NCBI GenBank assembly: GCA_965214825.1
Contig: OZ243981.1
Coordinates: forward strand, 3,121,366 to 3,185,365
Length of the DNA: 64,000 bases
Origin: an uncultured Pedosphaera sp.
GTDB taxonomy: Bacteria; Verrucomicrobiota; Verrucomicrobiia; Limisphaerales; AAA164-E04
Direction: 5' to 3'
Below, in pieces: positions 38,792-48,748 of the stretch (position 1 is the stretch's first letter; each line of letters starts with the position of its first letter). A model generated the notes under the pieces. The model was not told the DNA's origin. It saw nothing but the letters and a program-made list of their open reading frames with translations, and made no database searches. Position numbers and translations under genes: made by a program.

Positions 38792-39089
38792 CTATCTTGG
38801 TGGAGTATCCTTGTTGGTAGGCGGCAAGTCAAGCAGGAAGGAAAGCTGTTTTGCCAGGTTTTTGATCACTTTTTGAACGAGGTTGTGCGCGTTCTTTTTG
38901 GAGATTCTCAAGGCGCGGCAGAGTCGAGTGAGGCGGTTGCGGATTTTGGTTTTGGCGGCGTAGGTGTGGAAAGAAGCGCCTTGGTCGTGGTCGAGATCGT
39001 AATCGCGGTCGGCGTCCAGGAGGGCGAGGCGGGCTTCTTCGAGGATGTCGTCAGCGAGATGGGGGTAGCGGTGTTTTCATTGCTTTCAT
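38792..39089 (-). pseudogene. Small sigma-70 region-2-like protein, with the start apparently displaced by a 1-nt indel in an A4 run (tentative)
   Basis: A 94-codon open frame without a start codon: KHRYPHLADDILEEARLALLDADRDYDLDHDQGASFHTYAAKTKIRNRLTR... Compare RpoD [51 protein letters not shown] AAA is one base out of frame at 39074-39089. Confidence 0.35.
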
Positions 39090-39246
39090 GGTGTTGCATC
39101 ATCTATTACTTTCACGTATACTGGGCTATCTCCGAAAAGGTTGCGCTGATTTTGGGGAAGCAGAGTAGAAACGCGCGCCGCTGTTAACAAAAAAAGCCGT
39201 GATGATTTATTGCGGGTTTTGATGCCGGTTTGCGAAACGCGGCGAT

Positions 39247-41073
39247 TTACGGTTGCCGGAGGCGGATGGCTTTTTGGAGTTCGGCGAGGCAGTCCGGCCA
39301 GGGGTAAACACCGCGGTTGCCTTGGCCGTGGATGCGGAGGGAGACGGTATTGGCTGCGGCTTCTCGTTTGCCGATGACGAGCATGGCGGGCACTTTGGCT
39401 TGTTCTGCGTTTTGGATTTTCCCGTTGATTTTGTCGCGGCTGGGGTCAATTTCGGCGCGGATGCTGTTGTCGCGGAGGGTTTGGTGGATGTTGCGGGCGA
39501 AGGGGAGGGGTTCGTCGCCGATGGGCAGGACGCGGACTTGTTCGGGCGCGAGCCAGAGGGGAAAGTTTCCTGCGTAATGTTCAATTAAAAAGGCGATGAA
39601 ACGTTCGTGCGTTCCGAGCGGGGCGCGATGGATGCAAAGGGGAGTGGCTAAGGTGTTTTCGGGCGTTTTGTAGGCGAGCTGGAAGCGGGGCGGCACGGCG
39701 AAATCTACTTGGTTGGTGGCGATGGTAAATTCCCTGCCGGAGAGGCTCCAAACTTGCACGTCGATTTTCGGGCCGTAGAAGGCGGCTTCGTTGGAGATTT
39801 CGAGGAAGTCGATGCCGCTGGCGAGCAGGACTTCTCGAACCATGGCTTCGGTTTGTTTCCATAGCGCTGGTTGGTTGACGAATTTCTCGCCCAGTTTTGC
39901 CGGGTCGTGCGTGCTGAAGCGCATTTGGTATTTTTTGAAGCCGAAGATGGCAAAATACTTTAGATACATTTCGTTGACGGCTTGGAATTCGGCGGCGAAT
40001 TGTTCGGGGGCGCAGTAGATGTGGGCGTCGTTCATCTGCATGGAGCGGACGCGCATCAGCCCCATGAGTTCTCCCGATTGCTCGTAGCGGTAGCAGGCAC
40101 CGTATTCGGCTAGGCGCAGGGGAAGGTCGCGGTAGCTTCTCGGCACGGCGGCGAAGATTTTGTGGTGATGGGGGCAGTTCATCGCTTTGAGGTAATAGCG
40201 GTTTTTGATTTCGCGGCCGCTGGGGTCGTTTTCTTCGCCGACTTCCATAGGTGGGAACATGCTTTCAGCGTAATAGGGCAGATGGCCGGAGGTTTTGTAG
40301 AGGGATTCTTTGGCGATGTGGGGAGTGCGGACGCGTTGATAACCGGCAGCGAATTCGGTTTCTTTGGCTAGTTTTTCTAGTTCTTCGATGAGGGCGGTAC
40401 CTTTGGGGAGCCAGAAGGGCAATCCGGGACCGATGTCGTCGTCGAAGGCGAAGAGCGCCATTTCCTTGCCGATTTTGCGATGGTCGCGGCGTTTGGCTTT
40501 TTCTTGCGCTTCCAACCAGGCTTCCAGATCGGCTTTTTGGGGAAATGCGGTGCCGTAGATGCGTTGCAGTTGCGGGTTGTTTTCATCGCCGCGATAGTAG
40601 GCGGAGGCGACTTTTAGCAATTTGAACGCCTTGATGTTTCCCGTGCGCAGGATGTGCGGCCCGGCGCAGAGGTCAATGAACTCGCCGTTCTGGTAAAACG
40701 AGATTTCCTCTCCTTCGGGAATGTCGGCGAGGCGTTCGATTTTGAATTTTTGTCCAACGGCAGTGAAGTGGGCGACGGCCTCTTGGCGGGTTTTGATGAG
40801 GCGCTCGAAGACTTGGTTTTCTTTGACGATCTTTTTCATGACCGCTTCGATGCGCTCGAAGTCTTCCGGCGAAAACCGGTGTCCGTCGATATCGAAGTCG
40901 TAGTAGAAACCATCCTGAGTGGGCGGGCCGATGTCCAGACGGGCTTCGGGCCAAATCCGCAAGACAGCCGCCGCCAATACATGGGCGCAGGAATGGCGCA
41001 GGCGCTCTAAATCCGTCATCCGCTGCCGTTCGTCCAACGTCTTACGATTCGCTTGTTTTTTTGTGCTTTTCAT
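39247..41073 (-). CDS. thrS: Threonyl-tRNA synthetase (no N-terminal TGS domain)
   Basis: RHSCAHVL (editing domain). RDHRKIGKE. Class II motifs (FRYEQSGELMGLMRVRSMQMNDAHIY, GPKID). Anticodon-binding C-terminus. Starts MKSTKKQ at 41073. Confidence 0.9.
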   Translation of the reverse strand: MKSTKKQANRKTLDERQRMTDLERLRHSCAHVLAAAVLRIWPEARLDIGPPTQDGFYYDFDIDGHRFSPEDFERIEAVMKKIVKENQVFERLIKTRQEAVAHFTAVGQKFKIERLADIPEGEEISFYQNGEFIDLCAGPHILRTGNIKAFKLLKVASAYYRGDENNPQLQRIYGTAFPQKADLEAWLEAQEKAKRRDHRKIGKEMALFAFDDDIGPGLPFWLPKGTALIEELEKLAKETEFAAGYQRVRTPHIAKESLYKTSGHLPYYAESMFPPMEVGEENDPSGREIKNRYYLKAMNCPHHHKIFAAVPRSYRDLPLRLAEYGACYRYEQSGELMGLMRVRSMQMNDAHIYCAPEQFAAEFQAVNEMYLKYFAIFGFKKYQMRFSTHDPAKLGEKFVNQPALWKQTEAMVREVLLASGIDFLEISNEAAFYGPKIDVQVWSLSGREFTIATNQVDFAVPPRFQLAYKTPENTLATPLCIHRAPLGTHERFIAFLIEHYAGNFPLWLAPEQVRVLPIGDEPLPFARNIHQTLRDNSIRAEIDPSRDKINGKIQNAEQAKVPAMLVIGKREAAANTVSLRIHGQGNRGVYPWPDCLAELQKAIRLRQP

Positions 41074-41104
41074 ATGGCTCACGCGCCGGGCAAAGAATGG
41101 GCAG

Positions 41105-43216
41105 CTATCGGGATTGTTTCCAACTGACGGCGCCAATGCCGACTAGGAGGATCAAGCCGGCGAAGTCAAAAACGGAAACCCCGGCAATCTGGTAGCGATT
41201 GCCAGTGTCAGGGAACAAAGCAAGCGCCGCCGAAGCAAAGGCCGCCAGCCGTAATCCAAGACGCAAGGGCGAAAACAGATACCCAGCAATTCCGGCGGCT
41301 AGGGAAAGGATGCCCACGCCGGCGGCGGCAACCGCCAACACCACCTTGGCTATGGACAAGGAGCTTCCATCCCCCGTCATCAAAAGCAACTCCGGCCGAT
41401 AAACAAACATGAACGGAAGTGTGAACCCCACCAAGGCAAAACGGAATGCAGCCAGCCCCGTCCGCATAATTTTCGACCCCGCAATGGACGCGCTGGCATA
41501 TGCTGCCAAAGCCACTGGCGGCGTCACCATAGACATCATCCCAAAGTAGAAGATGAACAGATGCGCCGCCAGAACAGGCACGCCCAACTTGTTCAAAACC
41601 GGCCCGATCAAAGTCGCCATCAGCAGATAACAAACCGCGGACGGCAACCCCATTCCCAAAAGAATCGAACAGGCCATAATCGCCGTTAGCGCCAGAAAAA
41701 GGCTCTCTTGCGCCAGGGGAATAATGGCGTTGGGTAATTCCGTTCCCACGCCGGTCAAGGTGACAACGCCCAGGATAATCCCGACACAAGCCGCCGCCGA
41801 AACCAGGGAAACGCCGTTGCGTGCAGCCGTTGCCAGCGCCGAAACAATCAACGGCCTCCAGGCCTTGTGCGCCACCCCCAGCAACAGGAGAACTAGCATC
41901 GAGAAAATTCCTGCGTTCGACCAGGAAAACAGCTCGTCGGAAAATACGTTCACCCACGAAACCGGTTTCCTGAAAAACAAAACCCACCCCAACTTGACGG
42001 CAACGGCAACCGCTGGAACGAGTCCCAAGGCAAAGAGGCGATGGTGCCGGCTGGCGGATATCCGTTTGTTAAAAAGCGTCAGAACCAAGATTAACCCCAA
42101 GGAGAACGTCACCGCCCGTTTGGGAGAGAATCCTGCCGTCAAAAGCCCGATCAACACCAGCAGCGCCCCGAAAAAAGTGAAACATTCCAAGCTCATCAAA
42201 ACGGCGGATAAAGGTTTGCGTTCCGGTTGCGCGGCGGCGCTTTGCTGTTGGCCGGCGCCCGAAGCGCCGGCGTAAAAATGAACGATCGCCAACAAGGAAA
42301 AGTAATACAGCGCCGCCGGAATCAAGGCCGCCTTGGCAATCTGCACAAACGTTACCCCGGGGACGATTTCCAGCATCATGTAAGCGCCCGCGCCCATCAC
42401 CGGCGGCACCAGCGCCCCGCCCGATGCCGCCGCCGCCGTGATCCCGCCGGCAATGTGCGGCTGAAAACCGCTGCTCCGCATCATGGGAATGGTGAAGGTT
42501 CCCGTGGTTACTGCATTGGCCACCGCGCTGCCGGACAAGGAACCCATCAATCCGCTTCCCAACACCGACACCTTCGCCGCCCCGCCGGATTTCTGGCCGA
42601 ACACACGTTGGGCGAATTCGACAATGAAGCCGGTCGCCCCGCTCGCTTCCAAAAAAGCGCCGAAGATCACGAACAGAAAAACATATGTGAACATGACCAA
42701 GAGCGCCGTCCCGAAAACGCCCTCCGTCCGCAGAAAGGTTTGCGCCGCCACGCGCGGAATATCATAACCGCGATGGGAAAACAACTCGTCCGGCAGGAAA
42801 TTGCCGAACAGGGCGTAGAGGAGAAAGGCCAAGGCCAATAAGGGAAGCGCCCACCCGATGGAACGCCGGGTGGCTTCGAGAACCAGGAAAAAGCCCGTAG
42901 CGGCCACCGCGATGTCCATGCCCGTGTAATCGCCCGGCCTCCCCGCTAAAGCGTCTTCCTGTATAACAAGATAGGCGCAGCAGAAGACCGATCCCAAAGC
43001 AAGCACGAAGTCGAGAGCCCGCAGCGCCCGCAGCGCCCGCACTTTTTCATACTTTTTCAGCAGGGGATAATTGAGATAGCAGAGAACCAGCCCCAACATC
43101 GCAAACACCGCCAATTGCGAAAGCGGCTTCAATAGTTGGTAGTTCACCTCTGACAAGGTGAACAGAGAAAGCGCCACGCCCAAGACGAGGATTAACGCTT
43201 GCCGAACCCGCTCCAT
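41105..43216 (-). CDS. TRAP transporter fused permease (TAXI-type 4TM/12TM fusion)
   Basis: About 700 aa and highly hydrophobic with many TMs. Immediately downstream of the TAXI solute receptor. Confidence 0.85.
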   Translation of the reverse strand: MERVRQALILVLGVALSLFTLSEVNYQLLKPLSQLAVFAMLGLVLCYLNYPLLKKYEKVRALRALRALDFVLALGSVFCCAYLVIQEDALAGRPGDYTGMDIAVAATGFFLVLEATRRSIGWALPLLALAFLLYALFGNFLPDELFSHRGYDIPRVAAQTFLRTEGVFGTALLVMFTYVFLFVIFGAFLEASGATGFIVEFAQRVFGQKSGGAAKVSVLGSGLMGSLSGSAVANAVTTGTFTIPMMRSSGFQPHIAGGITAAAASGGALVPPVMGAGAYMMLEIVPGVTFVQIAKAALIPAALYYFSLLAIVHFYAGASGAGQQQSAAAQPERKPLSAVLMSLECFTFFGALLVLIGLLTAGFSPKRAVTFSLGLILVLTLFNKRISASRHHRLFALGLVPAVAVAVKLGWVLFFRKPVSWVNVFSDELFSWSNAGIFSMLVLLLLGVAHKAWRPLIVSALATAARNGVSLVSAAACVGIILGVVTLTGVGTELPNAIIPLAQESLFLALTAIMACSILLGMGLPSAVCYLLMATLIGPVLNKLGVPVLAAHLFIFYFGMMSMVTPPVALAAYASASIAGSKIMRTGLAAFRFALVGFTLPFMFVYRPELLLMTGDGSSLSIAKVVLAVAAAGVGILSLAAGIAGYLFSPLRLGLRLAAFASAALALFPDTGNRYQIAGVSVFDFAGLILLVGIGAVSWKQSR

Positions 43217-43255
43217 CACGCCATCGATTCCCTTTGCTGACCGCACCCGGAAAGG

Positions 43256-44251
43256 CTAGTTGTTGCCGCTGCCGGCCGCCGCCGCTTCCGGCCAAACGCC
43301 GATTTCCCGGTAATAGCGCACCGCACCCGGATGAAATTGAGTTCCCGTGTCCCGGACAATGTTTTTCGCCTGGATGGAGCGCCCGGCTTTGTGTTTTTCC
43401 GCGACGGCTTCCCGGTTTTCGTAGAGCGTTTTTGTCAGTTGATAGACTAAATCTTCACTCACTGCCGCGCCGGTAATCAGGTGGGCGGAGCCGACATTCA
43501 TCCCCTGGTAAGCCTCCGTTTGTCCCCTGTAAGTATTCGCCGGAATCGTCGCCGGGCCGAAGAAAGGATACTTTTCAATCAAGCGTTTTTTTTCCGTTTC
43601 CCCATATGGCACGAGGAAAATATCCATTGTGGCGGCAGCGCTTGTAATGGATGCGGTGGGAACGCCTCCGCCCAGAAAAGCAGCGACAATCGACCTGTCG
43701 CCCAGATAATCTACCGAGGTCTGCTGCCCGCTATAAATTGGATCCAAATCATCGTAAGTCATCCCGTGCTCTTCCAAAATCGGGCGGATAAAATACTCAA
43801 ATCCGGCGCCTTGCGGCCCCATCGAAACGCGCTGGTCTCTTAAATCGCCCACTTGCTTCACTTCGCCCTCTTTCCGGGTGACGAACATGGCGACATTGGG
43901 AAAAAGCGTCATCACCGCCTGCGCCGAATACGCCTTGTTCCATCCCGCCGCCGCCCTCACGGCGAAATAGGTGATGGACGAATTCGCAATGGCAAATTGA
44001 ATCTCCCCCTTTTCGAGCCGCCGGATGTTTTCCATCGAGCCCCCAGTCGATTCCGCCGATACCTTCCAACGATTGTCGCCGGCATTTTGATTGAGGACAT
44101 CGCTGATTGCCCCGCCGATTGTATAAAACACGCCCCCCACCGGCGCCGTCCCGATACTGACGAACTGCCGCTTCCGCTCCCCGCCGCACCCCAAAAGGCA
44201 GACGACAACAAAGAGATAACAAAGCGGCATTTTGACTGGCTGGCACATCAT
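43256..44251 (-). CDS. TAXI-family TRAP transporter solute receptor (lipoprotein)
   Basis: Lipobox VVVCLLGC. FVSIGTAPVGGVFYTIGGAI...STGGSMENIRRLEKGEIQFAI, TNTYRG-like ANTYRGQ. The start is ambiguous (44251 or 44230). Confidence 0.85.
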   Translation of the reverse strand: MMCQPVKMPLCYLFVVVCLLGCGGERKRQFVSIGTAPVGGVFYTIGGAISDVLNQNAGDNRWKVSAESTGGSMENIRRLEKGEIQFAIANSSITYFAVRAAAGWNKAYSAQAVMTLFPNVAMFVTRKEGEVKQVGDLRDQRVSMGPQGAGFEYFIRPILEEHGMTYDDLDPIYSGQQTSVDYLGDRSIVAAFLGGGVPTASITSAAATMDIFLVPYGETEKKRLIEKYPFFGPATIPANTYRGQTEAYQGMNVGSAHLITGAAVSEDLVYQLTKTLYENREAVAEKHKAGRSIQAKNIVRDTGTQFHPGAVRYYREIGVWPEAAAAGSGNN

Positions 44252-44527
44252 GTTCTGAACAATGGATTGGTTTTTAACGCAAATCGCCTGAATCGCCCGG
44301 CGGCCATTTCCCGCTCCCAACACAATCGGCGGGCCGACGGAATCAATCCAAAACCCAGCTATTCTCCCAATTGCCCGCCGGAATTCAAGGAGAAATCTTT
44401 GCCCCGGCTCGGCTCAGACAAAACCGCTCCCAACTACCCCGCAGAAATTGCCTTGCTTTCGGCGAACGATTGCGCTACGAATTCTCGCCGTCAACTTTTG
44501 AACCGAGATAACAGCTGTTTTACCGCC

Positions 44528-45964
44528 ATGAAAAAGATTAACCGTCGCAATTTCGTTAAAAACTCCATCACCGCCGGCTTCGGCCTCGCCTTGGCCCGGC
44601 CGCATTCCAAAGTCCTCGGTGCCAACGGGGACATCCGTGTTGCCGTCGTTGGGATCAACGGCCGCGGCGGCAACCACATCAATGCCTTCAACAACATCCC
44701 CGGAGTCCGCGTCGCCGCCCTGTGCGACATTGACGATTATGTCGTCCGCCGTCGGGTTGAGGCACTGCAAAAAAACAACGCCCCTAAAGTCGCCACCTAC
44801 GCCGACGTCCGCAACCTGCTGGAAGACAAGGACATTGACGCGGTTACCATTGCCACGCCCAACCACTGGCATTCGCTCATTACCGTTTGGGCCTGCCAGG
44901 CCGGCAAAGACGTCTATGTGGAGAAGCCCTGCAGCCACAACGTTTTTGAAGGGCGCCAATGCGTCGTCGCCGCACGCAAATACAACCGCATCGTCCAACA
45001 CGGCACTCAAAAACGGGCCAGCAGCGGCTGGGCCAAACAGATTGCCGCCGTCCAAAGCGGCAAATACGGCAAACTCCTTATCTCCAAAGGCTACTGCTGC
45101 AAGCCGCGCTGGAGTATCGGTTACAAACCCTACGAAGAAATCCCTGGCAATGTGAACTTCGACCTCTGGCTTGGCCCCGCCCCGGAACAACCCTTCCACC
45201 GCAACCTCGTGCATTACAACTGGCACTGGTTCTGGGACTTCGGCAACGGCGACATGGGCAACCAAGGCGTTCATGAAATGGACATCGCCCGCTGGGCCAT
45301 CCAAGGCGCCGGCCTGCCCCGATCCGTCATCGCCATGGGCGGCCGCTATGTCGACGGCCCCAGCTACGCCGACCAAGGCCAAACCCCCAACATGCAACTG
45401 GCTGTCTTCGACTACGGCGAAACCAAACTCGTCTTTGAAACCCGCGGACTCGTCGGCAAAATGAGCAACTACCCGCGCATCGTGGACAACGAATTCTACC
45501 TAGAAGCCGGTGTCATCCGCGAAGGCAAATTCTTCGAAGACGGCCAAGGCCCCGGACAGGAACTCGGCGACGTGGACTACCACCTCAACCAAGGCAACAT
45601 CTTCGAAAACTTCATCCACGCCGTCCGCAGCCGCAACCGCGCCCAACAACACGCCGACATCCTCGAAGGCCACTACTCCAGCGCCCTCTGCCACCTCGGC
45701 AACATCTCCTACCGCCTCGGCTGGGACTACCCCTTCACCATGCAAACCACCGCGCTGGGCAAATCTGAAGTCATCGAAGACTCCTTCCGCACCGTGCTGA
45801 AAAACACCCAAGCACTGGGCGTCGATCCCCTCCGCTCCACCTACCAACTCGGCCCCAAACTACAACTCGACCCCACAACCGAAAAATTCACCGACAACAC
45901 CCCGGCCAACCTCCTCCTCTCCCGCTTCTATCGGAAGCCCTTTGTCGTGCCGGCCGCTGTATGA
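44528..45964 (+). CDS. Tat-exported Gfo/Idh/MocA-family oxidoreductase
   Basis: MKKINRRNFVKNSITAGFG twin-arginine signal. IRVAVVGINGRGGNH. DAVTIATPNHWH. DVYVEKP. Confidence 0.8.
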   Translation: MKKINRRNFVKNSITAGFGLALARPHSKVLGANGDIRVAVVGINGRGGNHINAFNNIPGVRVAALCDIDDYVVRRRVEALQKNNAPKVATYADVRNLLEDKDIDAVTIATPNHWHSLITVWACQAGKDVYVEKPCSHNVFEGRQCVVAARKYNRIVQHGTQKRASSGWAKQIAAVQSGKYGKLLISKGYCCKPRWSIGYKPYEEIPGNVNFDLWLGPAPEQPFHRNLVHYNWHWFWDFGNGDMGNQGVHEMDIARWAIQGAGLPRSVIAMGGRYVDGPSYADQGQTPNMQLAVFDYGETKLVFETRGLVGKMSNYPRIVDNEFYLEAGVIREGKFFEDGQGPGQELGDVDYHLNQGNIFENFIHAVRSRNRAQQHADILEGHYSSALCHLGNISYRLGWDYPFTMQTTALGKSEVIEDSFRTVLKNTQALGVDPLRSTYQLGPKLQLDPTTEKFTDNTPANLLLSRFYRKPFVVPAAV

Positions 45965-46006
45965 GCGAACCTTGCCAATCATCCGCAAGACACCGTATCC
46001 GCCAAC

Positions 46007-46557
46007 ATGAACAAAGAGGGTGTCGCCGCGGCTTTCGACCTGCTCATGGAAGCGATTGAGAAAGCCCACCAAGAAATCACAGAACAAATCACAGAAGCCT
46101 CCCAAAACAAGGATTACGAGAAAGTTCAGACTCTCGTCGAGAACGGTAAAAGCCTCTACGCCTTTCGCTCCCGCGTGGTTAACTTGCGCAAAGAATGGCA
46201 AGCCGGCATTGATAAAACCTGGCCGAGAAAAACCAAACGCACTGGCAAATCTTCAATCGCCCCAGCAACCAAACTGCGCGTGTCGTTTCCAAACGGAACG
46301 ACCATCCAAGAGCGTCATGCGGCGGACACCTTTGCCCAGACCATTAGAACGTTGGGATCGACAAAGTCCGCAATTTGGAATTGTCGCAATCCAGGCGCAT
46401 TCCCCTGGTCAACCCCACCGCGCGGGACAAAAAGTATGGACAGCGACAAGTGGACGGATGGTATGTGGAAACCCATTCAAGCACCGAAGACAAGAAGAAG
46501 ACGCTCGACCAAATCGCCAAGGCCCTCGGCGTTCCCATGACAGTTGAAATCATTTGA
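46007..46557 (+). pseudogene. Hypothetical protein (helical N-terminal part, basic linker, small C-terminal domain), apparently frameshifted
   Basis: ORF 46007..46540 becomes Arg/Pro/Trp-rich after ...FAQTIRTLG. The frame of ORF 46375..46557 gives a sensible continuation: IDKVRNLELSQSRRIPLVNPTARDKKYGQRQVDGWYVETHSSTEDKKKTLDQIAKALGVPMTVEII. Confidence 0.4.
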
Positions 46558-46599
46558 CGTCGCTCGCCGAAGATGCAAATTCGGCCGTTTTCCGTTGTC

Positions 46600-48699
46600 A
46601 TGATGTATCGAATCGTTTTCCGAACTCTACTGGCGCCGTTGCTTGCGCTGCTGGCCAGCGCCGCTTTAACGGGGGCAGATTTTGTCATCGTCGTTGATAC
46701 TTCCGGGTCGATGACTCAAAAGATTTCCCGGCGTGATAAACGCATTCGAATCACGACGGTGCAGCAGGCTTTGCGAACCTGGCTTCAGGCGTTGCCCTCA
46801 GAATCGCGATTGACGCTCATTTCTTTCAACTCCGGAATCCAATCGAAGCGCGAAGTCATTTTTCAGAACCCCGGCGACCGGCAGCAGGCGCTCCAATGGG
46901 TGGAAGAACAGGACGAAGAAGCCAAACGGAACGGCAACACGCATCTATGGACGACTTTGCATCAGGCGTTGACAATCGCCGCCGACTATGCACAGCAATC
47001 TTCCGGACGTACCGTGCAAGTGCGGGTGCTGACTGACGGAAAAGACACGGAAAGGATCACGACTTTTGAACAAGTTCTCCGCAATTTCCCGATCGTGGAC
47101 GGCAAGAGCATCCAAGGCAATTTGGTCATCCTCGGCGATCTGGCCATGAATATCAAACCGCGCCCCGGCTTCCGCATCACCAAAGACCCGCACTTCGAGG
47201 TGCTGTTCCCACCGATCATTCTTCTGTCGCCGAAGGACATCCGCGTCGGCGAGGAAATGCAAGCTGCCGACAACGCCCAATCCATTTACCAACGTTACCT
47301 TTGGCATGTGGACGGCCAAGCGGTTGCCACCAACAAAGTGTTGAGACACACCTTTGACACCCCCGGAGAGCACACCGTCAGCCTCGAAGTAAAAGGTGCG
47401 AGAAGCGGGCAGGAACAATCACAAATCATCTTCCGCGTGTTCGAGCTGGACCACCCGCCGCCCCTCCGCCCGGAGTTCATCTTCGAGCCGCGGCAACCGC
47501 AACCCAATCAAACCGTCCGCTTTTATGGGCGTAGCTCCGGCTACCCCGCCGCTTACAAGTGGACGTTGGATGGCGCCGTTCAAACCGCCGCAACCCGGGA
47601 CTTTGAATGGACGCCCTTGATAGAAGGGCAATTCACTGTAGCTTTTTCCGTTCAAGACGAAAATGGCACTTGGATGGATAGTTTTCAAACTGTCCATGTC
47701 CGGGAACCAGTTTCCGTCGTCGCCTTTCAAGCACCAGCGGAAGCCGGCCATCAGCAAGCCGTGCAATTTGCCAATGAATCACAAGGCGACTTCATCTCCT
47801 TCCGATGGGATTTCGGTGACGGCGCCGCCAGCACCGAACGTTCGCCGCGCCATCGATTCGCCAATCCCGGTCGTGAACCGAAACACTTTGACATCCGGCT
47901 CGAAGGCGTTTTGGCCTCCGGCAAAAAAGTCCACAGCTCCGCCCACCGCCTGACAGTCCGGCCGCTCATTACCGAACCGCCGCCGAATGCCGCCATCGGC
48001 TTTGCCGCCGCTGATTTGGAAAACGGCAGAAGCGGAGAAGAACCCGTTATTCAAGCCAGGCAAAAAATCCGCTTCCTCGACGAATCCACCGGCGCCATTG
48101 AATCTTGGCAATGGGACTTCAACGGCGAAGGAACTAGCACCGAACGCCATCCCGAATTCGCCTTCTCCGAGCCAGGAAAAAAGACAATCGCGTTGACAAT
48201 TCGGGGTCCCGGCGGCACATCCACAGCCACCCTTTCGATTGCTGTGCCATCACCAAATGCCGGCTGGTTTCGTTTGTGGATGGTGCCGCTTGCTGCGCTC
48301 CTCCTGTTGATAGCGAGCGCCGGCAAAAAACTTTTGTCGAGCGCCGGCATTGCCGTGCCGCCAGAGGCAGCCATGCGCGTGGAACTCTCCGAAACGGCCT
48401 CGCCGGAAGACAGCGGTGCCGATGAAAACCTTAAGCCACTGCAAACTTTCACTTTGGAAATGAACGACCGAATCTGCTTGAATCGGGAAGAGGCGGAAGA
48501 CGCCGGCGACCTTGTATACGACATCGGCGCGAAAAACTGCTTTCTCCTCCGGCAACCTAAAGGCCTCCTCCTCTGCCAGCCCAACGCGGATTCCGTGCTT
48601 CTAAAATCATCGGGTTCAGTCAGCGTCCTATCCGACTTCGGCGCCAAACGAACTTTGAATGTGAACATCTCCGAAGGTATAAAGCCTGAAATTTTTTAG
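46600..48699 (+). CDS. Exported vWA domain + four PKD-like repeats + C-terminal TM anchor + ~130-aa cytoplasmic tail
   Basis: Signal peptide. Complete MIDAS (VVDTSGSM, NGNTHLW, LTDGKD). PKD-like repeats (YLWHVDGQ, YKWTLDG, FRWDFGDG, WQWDFNGEG). TM WFRLWMVPLAALLLLIASAG. Confidence 0.75.
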   Translation: MMYRIVFRTLLAPLLALLASAALTGADFVIVVDTSGSMTQKISRRDKRIRITTVQQALRTWLQALPSESRLTLISFNSGIQSKREVIFQNPGDRQQALQWVEEQDEEAKRNGNTHLWTTLHQALTIAADYAQQSSGRTVQVRVLTDGKDTERITTFEQVLRNFPIVDGKSIQGNLVILGDLAMNIKPRPGFRITKDPHFEVLFPPIILLSPKDIRVGEEMQAADNAQSIYQRYLWHVDGQAVATNKVLRHTFDTPGEHTVSLEVKGARSGQEQSQIIFRVFELDHPPPLRPEFIFEPRQPQPNQTVRFYGRSSGYPAAYKWTLDGAVQTAATRDFEWTPLIEGQFTVAFSVQDENGTWMDSFQTVHVREPVSVVAFQAPAEAGHQQAVQFANESQGDFISFRWDFGDGAASTERSPRHRFANPGREPKHFDIRLEGVLASGKKVHSSAHRLTVRPLITEPPPNAAIGFAAADLENGRSGEEPVIQARQKIRFLDESTGAIESWQWDFNGEGTSTERHPEFAFSEPGKKTIALTIRGPGGTSTATLSIAVPSPNAGWFRLWMVPLAALLLLIASAGKKLLSSAGIAVPPEAAMRVELSETASPEDSGADENLKPLQTFTLEMNDRICLNREEAEDAGDLVYDIGAKNCFLLRQPKGLLLCQPNADSVLLKSSGSVSVLSDFGAKRTLNVNISEGIKPEIF

Positions 48700-48748
48700 A
48701 CCGAACAAACTGTTTTTCTTCCATTAAGCTATTATCATCAACTTATTT

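Noticed and set aside
43018-43043. 9-nt tandem repeat cgcagcgcc x2-3 as a possible micro-array or regulatory repeat
   Set aside because: It lies inside the TRAP permease and simply encodes RALRALRAL in a loop. It is far too short and lacks spacers for a CRISPR array.
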